Below are positions 18,946-27,717 of a DNA stretch of 64,000 bases, in pieces. The stretch lies in the NCBI GenBank assembly GCA_028287395.1, contig JAQBPR010000026.1, positions 914 to 64,913 of the forward strand. The letters are read 5' to 3'. The notes beneath the pieces are model-generated. The model was given only the letters and a program-made list of their open reading frames with translations. It searched no databases and was not told the origin of the DNA. The DNA comes from Bacilli bacterium (lineage in GTDB: Bacteria > Bacillota > Bacilli > Paenibacillales > NBRC-103111). Within the stretch, counting starts at the first letter, position 1, and each line of letters begins with the position of its first letter. Position numbers and translations under genes: made by a program.

Positions 18946-18973
18946 TTGACTTTAATTTATAATTTCATATAAT
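18946..18973 (+). promoter_or_regulatory. sigA promoter of rpsD
   Basis: TTGACT-N16-TATAAT with an AT-rich upstream region. Confidence 0.7.
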
Positions 18974-19026
18974 ATTATATGTTGAGTGAGAAGCATTAAT
19001 TATATTTTCAAGGATGAATACGTTGT

Positions 19027-19114
19027 GTCACCCTCACTGATTTTGTTGCTGACAGGACAGCGGCTGAACTCTCTTGTCAGAAACCAATTAAACAAAGTCA
19101 GGCACAAAAGTGAT
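19027..19114 (+). promoter_or_regulatory. Structured rpsD 5' leader, probable S4 autoregulatory r-leader
   Basis: Nested stems CTGATTTTGTT/AACAAAGTCAG and CTGACAGGA/TCTTGTCAG in a long UTR; S4 autoregulation through the leader is established in Bacilli. Confidence 0.6.
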
Positions 19115-19158
19115 CCACTTCAAACTCTAAACCAAACAATTAAAGGAGTAATTCATCC

Positions 19159-19761
19159 ATGTCTCGTTATACAGGTCCTAAATTTAAATTAAGCCGTCGT
19201 CTTGGTATTTCATTAAGCGGCACTGGCAAAGAAATTGCAAAACGTCCTTTCCCTCCAGGTCAACATGGTCCCGGACAAAAGAAAAAAATTAGTGGATATG
19301 GCATGCAGTTGCAAGAAAAACAAAAGCTTCGCCATATGTACGGTTTGAACGAAAAACAATTCCGCAATTTATTCGATAAAGCGGACAATATGAAGGGTAT
19401 GACAGGTGAAAACTTCATGGTCCTTTTGGAAAGCAGGTTAGATAACCTGATCTACCGTCTTGGATTTTCAAACTCACGCGCTGGAGCGCGTCAATTGGTT
19501 GCACATGGTCATGTTCTGATCAATGGTAAAAAAGTTGATATTCCTTCCTTCACCGTTAGTACTACGGATGTAATCGGATTGCGTGAAAGAAGCAGAAACC
19601 TATCTTCCATCAAAGAAGCTTTGGCGAATCGCCATCACATTCCTAGTTATGTTGAATTCACTGAAGCAACTATGGAAGGAAGATATCTTCGTCTTCCAGA
19701 ACGTTCCGAACTGCCGCAAGAAATTGATGAAAAACAAATCGTCGAATTTTACAGCCGTTAA
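19159..19761 (+). CDS. rpsD: 30S ribosomal protein S4
   Basis: '[16 protein letters not shown]', '[13 protein letters not shown]', 'ARQLVAHGH', 'IVEFYSR'. Confidence 0.99.
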   Translation: MSRYTGPKFKLSRRLGISLSGTGKEIAKRPFPPGQHGPGQKKKISGYGMQLQEKQKLRHMYGLNEKQFRNLFDKADNMKGMTGENFMVLLESRLDNLIYRLGFSNSRAGARQLVAHGHVLINGKKVDIPSFTVSTTDVIGLRERSRNLSSIKEALANRHHIPSYVEFTEATMEGRYLRLPERSELPQEIDEKQIVEFYSR

Positions 19762-19775
19762 TTTCATACAACAAA

Positions 19776-20029
19776 GCAATGATGGGTTTATACTGTTGCC
19801 TTTTAACAGTAAGTAGTGTTCAACCTTCTGATTACAGAGAGCTGATGGTGGTGCAAATCAGTACAGAATTGATCACGAATTACTTCCCGGAGCAGTCTTT
19901 GCGACCGTATTATTCCTAGCAAAGGACGGCGAATAGTCGTTAAAGCAACAAGCGGAGGATGTTACCAAACATCTTCAATAAGGGTGGTACCGCGATTAAA
20001 CTCGTTCCTTTGCAGGAGCGGGTTTTTTT
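19776..20029 (+). ncRNA. T-box riboswitch with Tyr specifier UAC
   Basis: Stem I base GCAATGATGGG/CCCGGAGC, AGAGA and GGTGCAA motifs, GAAT-TAC specifier at 19881-19883, T-box AATAAGGGTGGTACCGCG at 19977-19994, terminator 19998-20029, upstream of tyrS. Confidence 0.95.
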
Positions 20030-20069
20030 GTTTATATTTTTACTTATCAATAACTAAGGGGCGAACACT

Positions 20070-21332
20070 GTGAATATTTTAGAGGATTTGGAATTTAGAG
20101 GATTAATCCACCAAGCGACAGATCGCTTCGGTTTGGAAAAAAAGCTTAACACGGAACCGGTCACTTTATATGCAGGCTTTGATCCAACCGCGGACAGCTT
20201 GCATATTGGGAGCTTATTACCGATATTATGCTTAAGAAGATTTCAAATGGCGGGCCATATTCCAGTTGCTCTTGTCGGCGGCGGAACGGGTTTAATTGGT
20301 GATCCAAGCGGTAAAGCTGCCGAGCGCAGCTTGAATTCCAAGGAAATCGTTGATCAGTGGACAGAGCGCATTAAACAACAATTATCACGTTTTTTGGACT
20401 TTAACTCTACTGATAACCCTGCGAAAATGGCCAATAATTATGATTGGTTTGAAAATTTAAATGTGATTGCATTTTTACGCGATATTGGAAAAAACTTCCC
20501 TTTAAACTACATGCTTGCCAAAGACTCTGTAGAATCTAGATTGAGTAAGGGAATATCTTTTACTGAATTCAGCTACATGATTTTACAAGCATATGATTTC
20601 TTGAAATTAAATCAAACCCTTCGTTGTACACTCCAAATCGGCGGAAGCGATCAATGGGGCAATATTACGGCTGGCATGGAACTTATTGGAAGGACAACGG
20701 AAGAACGGGCTTATGGTCTAACGCTCCCACTCGTTACAAAAAGTGATGGCAGTAAATTCGGGAAGACAGAGTCGGGAACCATTTGGTTGGATGCCAGCAA
20801 AACAAGTCCTTACCAATTTTATCAATTTTGGATCAACACAGAAGATGTGGATGTCATCCGTTTCTTAAAATATTTCACTTTTCTCACACCAGAACAAATC
20901 AATGCTTTGGAAACAGAACTGCAGCAAAGTCCGGAGTTACGATCAGCACAGCGTACTTTAGCTCGTGAAGTTACGGCTTTAGTGCATGGCAAAGATGCGG
21001 TCACCGGTTCAGAAAAAATATCACAAATTTTGTTTAATGGTGAAGTGAACCAATTATCGCGTGACGAGATCGAACAGGCCTTTAAAGATGTTCCTTCTAT
21101 TGAAATCACGGATATGGACTCACTTTCACTGATTGATCTTTTAATAAACGCACAAGCATGCCCTTCTAAGAGACAAGCCAAACAGGATATCGAAAGCGGC
21201 GCGATCTATATGAATGGAACCCGTATAACAGATCTGGATAAAATGATTCAAGCTGAGGATCGTCTTGAAGGGATGTATATTATACTTCGCCGCGGCAAGA
21301 AAAATTACTACTTGGTTAAATTTAAAGACTAG
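20070..21332 (+). CDS. tyrS: Tyrosine--tRNA ligase
   Basis: 'YAGFDPTADSLHIG', 'QIGGSDQWGNI', 'KFGKT', 'RRGKK'. Confidence 0.98.
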   Translation: MNILEDLEFRGLIHQATDRFGLEKKLNTEPVTLYAGFDPTADSLHIGSLLPILCLRRFQMAGHIPVALVGGGTGLIGDPSGKAAERSLNSKEIVDQWTERIKQQLSRFLDFNSTDNPAKMANNYDWFENLNVIAFLRDIGKNFPLNYMLAKDSVESRLSKGISFTEFSYMILQAYDFLKLNQTLRCTLQIGGSDQWGNITAGMELIGRTTEERAYGLTLPLVTKSDGSKFGKTESGTIWLDASKTSPYQFYQFWINTEDVDVIRFLKYFTFLTPEQINALETELQQSPELRSAQRTLAREVTALVHGKDAVTGSEKISQILFNGEVNQLSRDEIEQAFKDVPSIEITDMDSLSLIDLLINAQACPSKRQAKQDIESGAIYMNGTRITDLDKMIQAEDRLEGMYIILRRGKKNYYLVKFKD

Positions 21333-21348
21333 CATATGCATTCGCTTC

Positions 21349-21369
21349 GAGCCCTTAGGGGCTCTTTTT
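21349..21369 (+). terminator. tyrS terminator
   Basis: GAGCCC-TTAG-GGGCTC-T5. Confidence 0.8.
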
Positions 21370-21436
21370 ACTCTCGAAATTTTCCCGCAGCTGCCCTTTT
21401 ATGCTATAATAATTAGAGATTTCAAGGGGGATGCTC

Positions 21437-24400
21437 ATGCTGAAACGAATGTTACATAATATAGCAAAATTTTTTAGAAGACCTGGTGTTAAGAAAACAG
21501 CATTTATTTTTTATACTACGGTCAAATGGTTGATTATTACCGTTATAGTATGTGGATTTCTTGCAGCAGGCGCCTTGTTCGGATACGCTTCAGCGATTGT
21601 CAAAGACGATCCAGTACGCAGTAAGGATATGATCATGGAGCAGTTACAAGATAACGCCATTACGGGATTTGTTTATTTTAACGACGATAATGTCGTTGGC
21701 CAACTTCGGTCCGATGAAGATCGTCGGTTAGCTAATGCCGAAGATATTCCATTATTAATTAAAGACGCTACACTTTCAATTGAAGACAAGAATTTTTATA
21801 ATCATAATGGGATTGACACCAATGGATTATTTAGAGCTGTGATTCAAAGGGTACGTCATGAAGATGTGCAAACAGGCGGAAGCACAATCACGCAGCAATT
21901 AGCGCGGAGAACTTTTCTTAGCTTAGATAAAGAGATTAGTCGGAAATTGAAAGAAATTCTGCTTTCTTTGCGCATGGAACGCTTATTATCTAAAGAGGAA
22001 ATTTTATTGGCTTATTTGAATAAAATCCCTTATGGAAACGGTTCAACTGGATACAACCTCTTTGGAATCAAAGCTGCGGCAAAAGGAATATTCGATGTCG
22101 ATGATCTGAAAAAACTCAATATTGCCCAAAGTGCATATTTAGCCGGCTTGCCGCAATCGCCTAGTAATTATTCCGCTTTTTCAGGCAAAGGCGAGTTCGA
22201 TGCGGAATCATTTAAAAGGGCGATCAACCGTCAGCAGCTCGTGCTAAAACGAATGCTCGAAGAAAATAAAATTGACCAAACGCAATATGAAGATGCTCTG
22301 CAATTTGATCTTAAAGGCTCGTTAGCTAAAACGAAGCCCAAGGCATATACATCATATCCTTATTTAATGATCGAAGTAGAAAATAATGCTGCAGATATCA
22401 TTTTGAAAAAACAATATCCTAATTTGTCACTGAATACGCAAAGTCAAAAAGATGCTTATAACAACGCGCTTAAAGATGTTCATGATCAAATGCAGCATGG
22501 CGGATATAAAATATATACAACTATTGATAAAACCATTTACGATTCCATGCAAGCCATTGCAGCGGACAAAAAGAATTTCACACCGGATGATAAGGTAAAA
22601 GGGATTGAACAAATCGGTGCAATTATGATGGACAACAAGAACGGTGCGATCCTTGGTATGATGGAAGGCAGAGATTTTTACGCCGAGCAATTGAATCATG
22701 CCACACAATCCTATCGTCAGCCGGGTTCTACAATGAAGCCCATCGCAGCCTATGTTCCCGCTCTTGAAAAAGGTGCGATTCAGCCAGGCGGGGTAATCGA
22801 TGATGTACCGATCATTTTGAAGGATCCCAGCCAAAGCAGCGGATTTTTTGTTCCGTCGAACTGGGATTCTAATCAAAATGGCTTTCACGGATTAATTACA
22901 GCAAGAACAGCCTTAAATCAGTCCTATAACATTCCAGCTATACGTCTATTCCTTAATGCAGTCGGTATTAACGAAGCATGGGGATATGCCAAAAAAATGG
23001 GCATTAACTCCATTGTACCGAGTGATTTCTCTGCACAAACGGGTGTAATTGGTGGTCTTTCTAAGGGTGTTAGCGTTAAAGAACTAACCAATGCTTACAC
23101 TTCCATCGCCAATAAAGGTGTGTTTAACGAAGCCTATTTAATTCGTAAAATTGTCGACGGCAATGGAAATACGATCTACGAGCACGAGAAAAAGCCAAGC
23201 AATATATTCTCACAGGAAACGGCCTATTTAATGACAGATATGATGCGTACGGTTATTACTCAGGGAACGGCTACTGATCTGATGACTAAATTTAAGCATT
23301 ACGGGAAAATCCCGATTGTTGGTAAAACGGGTTCTACTCAGGACGATGCAGATGCTTGGTTTATGGGCTATTCTCCCGATATAACAGTAGGTGTATGGGC
23401 AGGTTATGATCAACCTGTTAACAAACTTGTTAAACCTGGGGGAACCAGCCGTGCTAAAAACATATGGGCTTTAGTAATGGATGCTGTAATTGATAAAAAA
23501 CCGGAATTGTTCCCCACCAAGACGTTTGAAAGGCCAGCAAATATTGTCGATGTTACGGTTTCCACTTTATCCGGAAAATTACCTAATGAGCTGACGTCAG
23601 GATCTGATCATACGACAACGGATATTTTCAATAAAAAATATATACCTACTGAGTTAGACGATGTGATGGTCAAGGCTAAATACATTACCTTTGACAAAAT
23701 TAATTACATTCCAAATCCAGCTACGCCAGATGAATTTCTTCAAGAAAAAGTAGTAGTGAAGCATAAAGAATCCATCGTGACGATTTTGAAAAAAATCACG
23801 GACATTATGGAAAAAACACCTGCAGCTAAACGTAAACGAGTCGATAGCTTTGTCCCTTCAGATATTGCGGATTATGCACCTGATGTAATTGATCCACGGG
23901 TAGACGATACACTTGTGCCGGATGCGCCGACAAATCTATTACTCATTCGTGCTGGAGATGCAAATCGTATTTCCTTTACACCAAGTGGAAATCCTAATGT
24001 AGTGGGCTATCGCTTATATCGATCCATTAACAATGAACCATTCCAAAAACAAATTGGGAAAATAGTCATGGCCGGTCAAGAAGCGATATTCAGCGATCCT
24101 CTTTTTTCGAATACATCCACAGGATATTATATAACGGCTGTGAATATTGTCGGAAAGGAATCTCAACCAAGTGCTATTGCCAATACAGATGGAACGAGTG
24201 CACCCTTTCCTAACAATCCTAGTGGAGATCTAATAATAAGCCCTACAGGTGAAGTCAGCAGCAATGTCACTGCTCCTCCTTCCACGCCTGTTGGAATGCA
24301 CTTTAAATTGAATCCATTAAACTTACAAATCGATTGGAATGCAAATCCTGCCAAAGAAATGGTTCAAAAGTATAATTTGTTTTACTCTGAATCGGTAAAT

Positions 24401-24547
24401 GGCACGTATCGAAAATTAGGTACTGCTGCCAGCTTGCCGCAATATCTTTATTATGCAGGAAAATTTGACGGCTTTTATAGCGTAAGTGCTGTTAACCAAA
24501 AAGGCGAATCAGCGATGTCATTGCCTGTCGAATATAAATCTCCATAA
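21437..24547 (+). CDS. Class A penicillin-binding protein (transglycosylase/transpeptidase) with C-terminal FN3-like domains
   Basis: GT51 'EDKNFYNHNG', 'GGSTITQQLAR'; TP motifs 'GSTMK', 'SYN', 'KTG'; two FN3-like C-terminal repeats. Confidence 0.94.
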   Translation: MLKRMLHNIAKFFRRPGVKKTAFIFYTTVKWLIITVIVCGFLAAGALFGYASAIVKDDPVRSKDMIMEQLQDNAITGFVYFNDDNVVGQLRSDEDRRLANAEDIPLLIKDATLSIEDKNFYNHNGIDTNGLFRAVIQRVRHEDVQTGGSTITQQLARRTFLSLDKEISRKLKEILLSLRMERLLSKEEILLAYLNKIPYGNGSTGYNLFGIKAAAKGIFDVDDLKKLNIAQSAYLAGLPQSPSNYSAFSGKGEFDAESFKRAINRQQLVLKRMLEENKIDQTQYEDALQFDLKGSLAKTKPKAYTSYPYLMIEVENNAADIILKKQYPNLSLNTQSQKDAYNNALKDVHDQMQHGGYKIYTTIDKTIYDSMQAIAADKKNFTPDDKVKGIEQIGAIMMDNKNGAILGMMEGRDFYAEQLNHATQSYRQPGSTMKPIAAYVPALEKGAIQPGGVIDDVPIILKDPSQSSGFFVPSNWDSNQNGFHGLITARTALNQSYNIPAIRLFLNAVGINEAWGYAKKMGINSIVPSDFSAQTGVIGGLSKGVSVKELTNAYTSIANKGVFNEAYLIRKIVDGNGNTIYEHEKKPSNIFSQETAYLMTDMMRTVITQGTATDLMTKFKHYGKIPIVGKTGSTQDDADAWFMGYSPDITVGVWAGYDQPVNKLVKPGGTSRAKNIWALVMDAVIDKKPELFPTKTFERPANIVDVTVSTLSGKLPNELTSGSDHTTTDIFNKKYIPTELDDVMVKAKYITFDKINYIPNPATPDEFLQEKVVVKHKESIVTILKKITDIMEKTPAAKRKRVDSFVPSDIADYAPDVIDPRVDDTLVPDAPTNLLLIRAGDANRISFTPSGNPNVVGYRLYRSINNEPFQKQIGKIVMAGQEAIFSDPLFSNTSTGYYITAVNIVGKESQPSAIANTDGTSAPFPNNPSGDLIISPTGEVSSNVTAPPSTPVGMHFKLNPLNLQIDWNANPAKEMVQKYNLFYSESVNGTYRKLGTAASLPQYLYYAGKFDGFYSVSAVNQKGESAMSLPVEYKSP

Positions 24548-24591
24548 GGATAAACGGCTATGCCGTCTTTTCAAGACGGCAGCGTTTGTCC
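24548..24591. repeat. REP-like imperfect hairpin abutting the pbp stop codon
   Basis: GGATAAACG-GCTA-TGCCGTCTT-TTC-AAGACGGCA-G-CGTTTGTCC; no U-tract; a separate terminator follows. Confidence 0.6.
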
Positions 24592-24599
24592 AAATTTAT

Positions 24600-24645
24600 A
24601 AGAGGCTGTTCCGAAAGTCATTGACTTAGGGAACAGCCTCTTTTT
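24600..24645. terminator. Terminator between convergent pbp and acsA
   Basis: AAGAGGCTGTTCC-N17-GGAACAGCCTCTT-TTT. Confidence 0.85.
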
Positions 24646-24667
24646 CAAGTTAAATTGCTCTGATTCA

Positions 24668-26392
24668 TTAGTCTTCGATTGTTGATAAATCACCGGTAGG
24701 AAGGTTAAGCTCCCATGCCTTTAATACGCGACGCATAATTTTACCACTTCGAGTTTTTGGTAATTTATCTTTAAATTCGATTTCACGAGGAGCAGCATGG
24801 GCAGATAGCCCTTCCTTCACAAATTTTGCAATCTCGGCTTTAAGTTCCTCCGAGGGCGTAAACCCCTCTCTTAAGGATATAAAGGCTTTAATCACTTCAC
24901 CGCGCAGTGGGTCTGGTTTACCAATAACGCCCGCCTCAGCGACTGCTGGGTGCTCTATTAGCTTGCTTTCCACTTCAAACGGACCGACTCTTTCACCAGA
25001 TGTATTAATTACATCATCTACACGACCTTGGAACCAAAAATAACCATCCTCATCACGGTAAGCCGAATCCCCTGAAACGTACCAACCCGTAAGACGGAAG
25101 TATTCTTCAAATTTACCAGGGTTGTTCCATATCTTACGCATCATGGAAGGCCATGAAGTTTTGATAGCCAAATTACCCATTCGATAAGGCGGCAATTCGT
25201 TGCCCGCATCATCGATAATCGAAGCTTCAACACCCGGAATGGGTTTACCCATCGAGCCTGGTTTGATTTCCATTGAAGGATAGTTACAAATCAACTGACT
25301 TCCCGTTTCTGTCATCCACCAGGTATCATGAATGCGTTGTTTGTATACCTTCAATCCCCATCTTACAACTTCAGGATTGAGCGGTTCACCCACGCTTAAC
25401 ACATGGCGCAGCGAAGACAAATCATGTTGTGTTACTGTGTCATCCCCTGCACCCATCATCATACGAAATGCAGTAGGTGCACTATACCATACAGTTACTT
25501 TATAACGTTCTATCGTTTGATACCAATCCTGCGGGCTAAAACGTCCCCCACGAATTACATTCGTCGCTCCATTCAACCATGGTGCAAAAATGCCATATGA
25601 GGTCCCTGTAACCCAACCTGGGTCTGCTGTACACCAATATACATCATCTTCCTGCAAATCCAGGACAATTTTCCCTGTATAATAATGCTGTAACATCGCA
25701 TTTTGTACATGAAAAACACCTTTTGGTTTTCCTGTCGAACCGGAAGTATAATGAATGATTAGTCCATCTTCACGGTCAAGCCATTCCATTTCCAGTTCCT
25801 CTGAGGCTTCACTCATTGCTTTGTCATAGCTGATTTGACCTTTTGCAGGTTCGACGCTATCTCCAACAAGAATTATATGTTTTAGTTCTGGAAGTTCAGC
25901 AATAGAGATGCGCGGCAGCAATGCCGGCGTCGTGATGATGGCAATGGCACCACTGTCCTCAAGACGGTCTTTTACGGCCGTTTCCATAAAGGCTTCAAAC
26001 ATGGGCCCAACAATTGCTCCTACCTTTAATGAGCCAAACAAGGAAAAATAAAGCTCTGGAGTACGCGGCATAAAGATAAAAATACGATCCCCTTTACCTA
26101 CGCCAATGGAACGAAGTACATTTCCAAAGCGGTTTGATTCACGTTTCATATCGTTAAATGTATACTGCTCTTCACGTGCAGCATCGCTGTAATAAAGCGC
26201 AATCTTGTCCCTGCGTGCGGATTCAGCATGCCGGTCGATCGCTTCATACGCCATGTTAACTTTCCCCGATGCGGACCAAGTAAATTGCTGCTCAATATGG
26301 TCCCAGCTGAAGTTTTGCCGCGCTTCATCATAATTTCCAAGATTAGACTTTACTGCAGAAACCGCGATTTTTTCATTATGCGTATCGCTCAT
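24668..26392 (-). CDS. acsA: Acetyl-CoA synthetase
   Basis: 'HYTSGSTGKPKG', 'WCTADPGWVTGTSYG', 'DTWWMTETG', acetylation-site motif 'LPKTRSGKIMRR'; start 26392 behind GGAGGG. Confidence 0.96.
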   Translation of the reverse strand: MSDTHNEKIAVSAVKSNLGNYDEARQNFSWDHIEQQFTWSASGKVNMAYEAIDRHAESARRDKIALYYSDAAREEQYTFNDMKRESNRFGNVLRSIGVGKGDRIFIFMPRTPELYFSLFGSLKVGAIVGPMFEAFMETAVKDRLEDSGAIAIITTPALLPRISIAELPELKHIILVGDSVEPAKGQISYDKAMSEASEELEMEWLDREDGLIIHYTSGSTGKPKGVFHVQNAMLQHYYTGKIVLDLQEDDVYWCTADPGWVTGTSYGIFAPWLNGATNVIRGGRFSPQDWYQTIERYKVTVWYSAPTAFRMMMGAGDDTVTQHDLSSLRHVLSVGEPLNPEVVRWGLKVYKQRIHDTWWMTETGSQLICNYPSMEIKPGSMGKPIPGVEASIIDDAGNELPPYRMGNLAIKTSWPSMMRKIWNNPGKFEEYFRLTGWYVSGDSAYRDEDGYFWFQGRVDDVINTSGERVGPFEVESKLIEHPAVAEAGVIGKPDPLRGEVIKAFISLREGFTPSEELKAEIAKFVKEGLSAHAAPREIEFKDKLPKTRSGKIMRRVLKAWELNLPTGDLSTIED

Positions 26393-26418
26393 GATTTTTC
26401 CCTCCGAATAATGTGTAT

Positions 26419-26432
26419 TTGAAACGCTTACA
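26419..26432 (-). promoter_or_regulatory. cre (CcpA) site upstream of acsA
   Basis: Minus strand TGTAAGCGTTTCAA, close to the TGWAANCGNTNWCA consensus; a weaker second site TGTAAGCATTCTAA at 26461-26474. Confidence 0.7.
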
Positions 26433-26475
26433 AAAATACAGTAAAGCAAAACAAAATTTATGTAAGCATTCTAAA

Positions 26476-26620
26476 TAAAGTGTGTTTAATAAGTGGTGGA
26501 GAGCATATGAGGGAATGTGACCGGAGAGTTGAAAGTTTTGCTTTAGCAAAACTGGCTTCGGGAGCATATGCTTAGGCACATCCCTCATATGCCGCATCCC
26601 TACTTATTAAACACACGCTA
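26476..26620. mobile_element. MITE-like element, copy A
   Basis: Perfect 15-bp inverted ends GTGTGTTTAATAAGT (26480-26494) / ACTTATTAAACACAC (26602-26616), TA at both outer ends, internal stems GCATATGAGGGA/TCCCTCATATGC and AGTTTTGCT/AGCAAAACT. Confidence 0.7.
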
Positions 26621-26695
26621 TAATAGGTTCTCAAAGAAAAACAACATTTAAAGTATATCATAGTCACTTCCCTTCGCCTACACCTTTTCTTTGCT

Positions 26696-26815
26696 ATTAA
26701 AATTTATTATAAGTGACCTAATAAATCTCAGTTGATCATTGTTGAAGGTCCTGTTCCGGCGGAGATTCTGCGTCAATACAACTTACACTCTGAACTTAAT
26801 GCATTTCGCCGTCCA
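26696..26815 (+). pseudogene. acuA: 5' remnant of acuA (AcsA acetyltransferase)
   Basis: Frame reads IKIYYK*PNKSQLIIVEGPVPAEILRQYNLHSELNAFRRP, resembling the recalled AcuA N-terminus (LLIEGPVSPEDLAGYEFHKDLTAFRPP); no start codon or SD, in-frame TGA at 26714; expected position divergent from acsA. Confidence 0.8.
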
Positions 26816-26865
26816 CCGCCGCCAAGCGCAATCCAACGACCATCACACCATTGATGGGCAGCGTC
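26812..26865 (-). pseudogene. acuC: Internal fragment of acuC (HDAC-family deacetylase), inverted relative to acuA
   Basis: Minus strand reads DAAHQWCDGRWIALGGGG, resembling recalled AcuC AHQYCGGKWIAVGGGGY. Confidence 0.72.
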
Positions 26866-26891
26866 ATTACCTTGATTCCTTTGTGCAACAC

Positions 26892-26931
26892 AAAAAATTA
26901 AAGGGCTCTCCCCTGTGCCTGTGGGATGCCC
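26892..26931 (-). terminator. mtnN terminator
   Basis: Minus strand GGGCATCCC...GGGGAGAGCCC-TTTAATTTTTT, imperfect stem. Confidence 0.6.
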
Positions 26932-27639
26932 TCAATTTAAACTTTTGAGCATTTCCTCGACGATTTGAAAGGAATGTAATGCAGCCTGCTGCATAAATTC
27001 GTTAAAATTCCCAGGAGCGGAGCCATCTGCTTTATCTGACATCGACCGAACAACTACAAAAGGTATCTGATTAGTCACACAAACTTGCGCGGTAGCCGCA
27101 CCTTCCATCTCTGTACAAATTCCCTGAAATTCAGCAAATAATTTTGACACTTTTTCACGATTTGCAATAAATTGATCCCCCGATAAAATACGACCGCGCT
27201 TAGCTTTCTCCGCAAACAAGGTTACACTGGCATGATAAGCTAAATCACTTAAATACTGATCTGCTTCAAATAGGGAAGTCGCCTGAAAAGGAATCGTGCC
27301 TCGCGGAAATCCAAGCGCAGTTACATCCATATCATGCTGTTGACAATCTGTCGAGATTACAACATCCCCTATATTAAGCGTTGGATCTAGTGCACCAGCT
27401 ACACCCGTGAAAATAACTGCCTGAATATCAAATTGATCGATTAATGCTTGGGTGCACATAGCTGCATTTACTTTGCCTACGCCAGATTTACAAACGACTA
27501 TCGTTTGATTACGAAGCTTGCCTTCGATAAATGTGATACCTGCATGTTTGACTGATTGCGACACGTCCATTTTTGCGTGAAGCAGTTCTATTTCTTCCAC
27601 CATGGCGCCAATAATGCCGATCTTACTATATTTGATCAT
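26932..27639 (-). CDS. mtnN: 5'-methylthioadenosine/S-adenosylhomocysteine nucleosidase
   Basis: 'IGIIGAMVEE', 'SGVGKVNAA', 'GDQFI', 'EMEGAA', 'RSMSDKAD'; start 27639 behind AAGGAG. Confidence 0.95.
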   Translation of the reverse strand: MIKYSKIGIIGAMVEEIELLHAKMDVSQSVKHAGITFIEGKLRNQTIVVCKSGVGKVNAAMCTQALIDQFDIQAVIFTGVAGALDPTLNIGDVVISTDCQQHDMDVTALGFPRGTIPFQATSLFEADQYLSDLAYHASVTLFAEKAKRGRILSGDQFIANREKVSKLFAEFQGICTEMEGAATAQVCVTNQIPFVVVRSMSDKADGSAPGNFNEFMQQAALHSFQIVEEMLKSLN

Positions 27640-27685
27640 TCTGTTCTCCTTAGATTTCATTTTGGTTTGGTATGCTTGATTTAGC

Positions 27686-27717
27686 AAAAAAAAAAAACGG
27701 CTCACTTTACGTGAGCC
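27686..27717 (-). terminator. ccpA terminator overlapping its last codons
   Basis: Minus strand GGCTCAC-GTAAA-GTGAGCC-G-T12. Confidence 0.8.

Noticed and set aside
18986-19192. 68-aa ORF as an rpsD leader peptide
   Set aside because: No SD; the region is better explained by the promoter and a structured S4 leader
26376-26597. 73-aa ORF or a riboswitch upstream of acsA
   Set aside because: Coincides with the TIR-bounded fold-back element; no known aptamer motif recognised
26739-26948. 69-aa ORF between acsA and mtnN as a real gene
   Set aside because: It is a different frame across the acuA/acuC scar; the recognisable similarity lies in other frames
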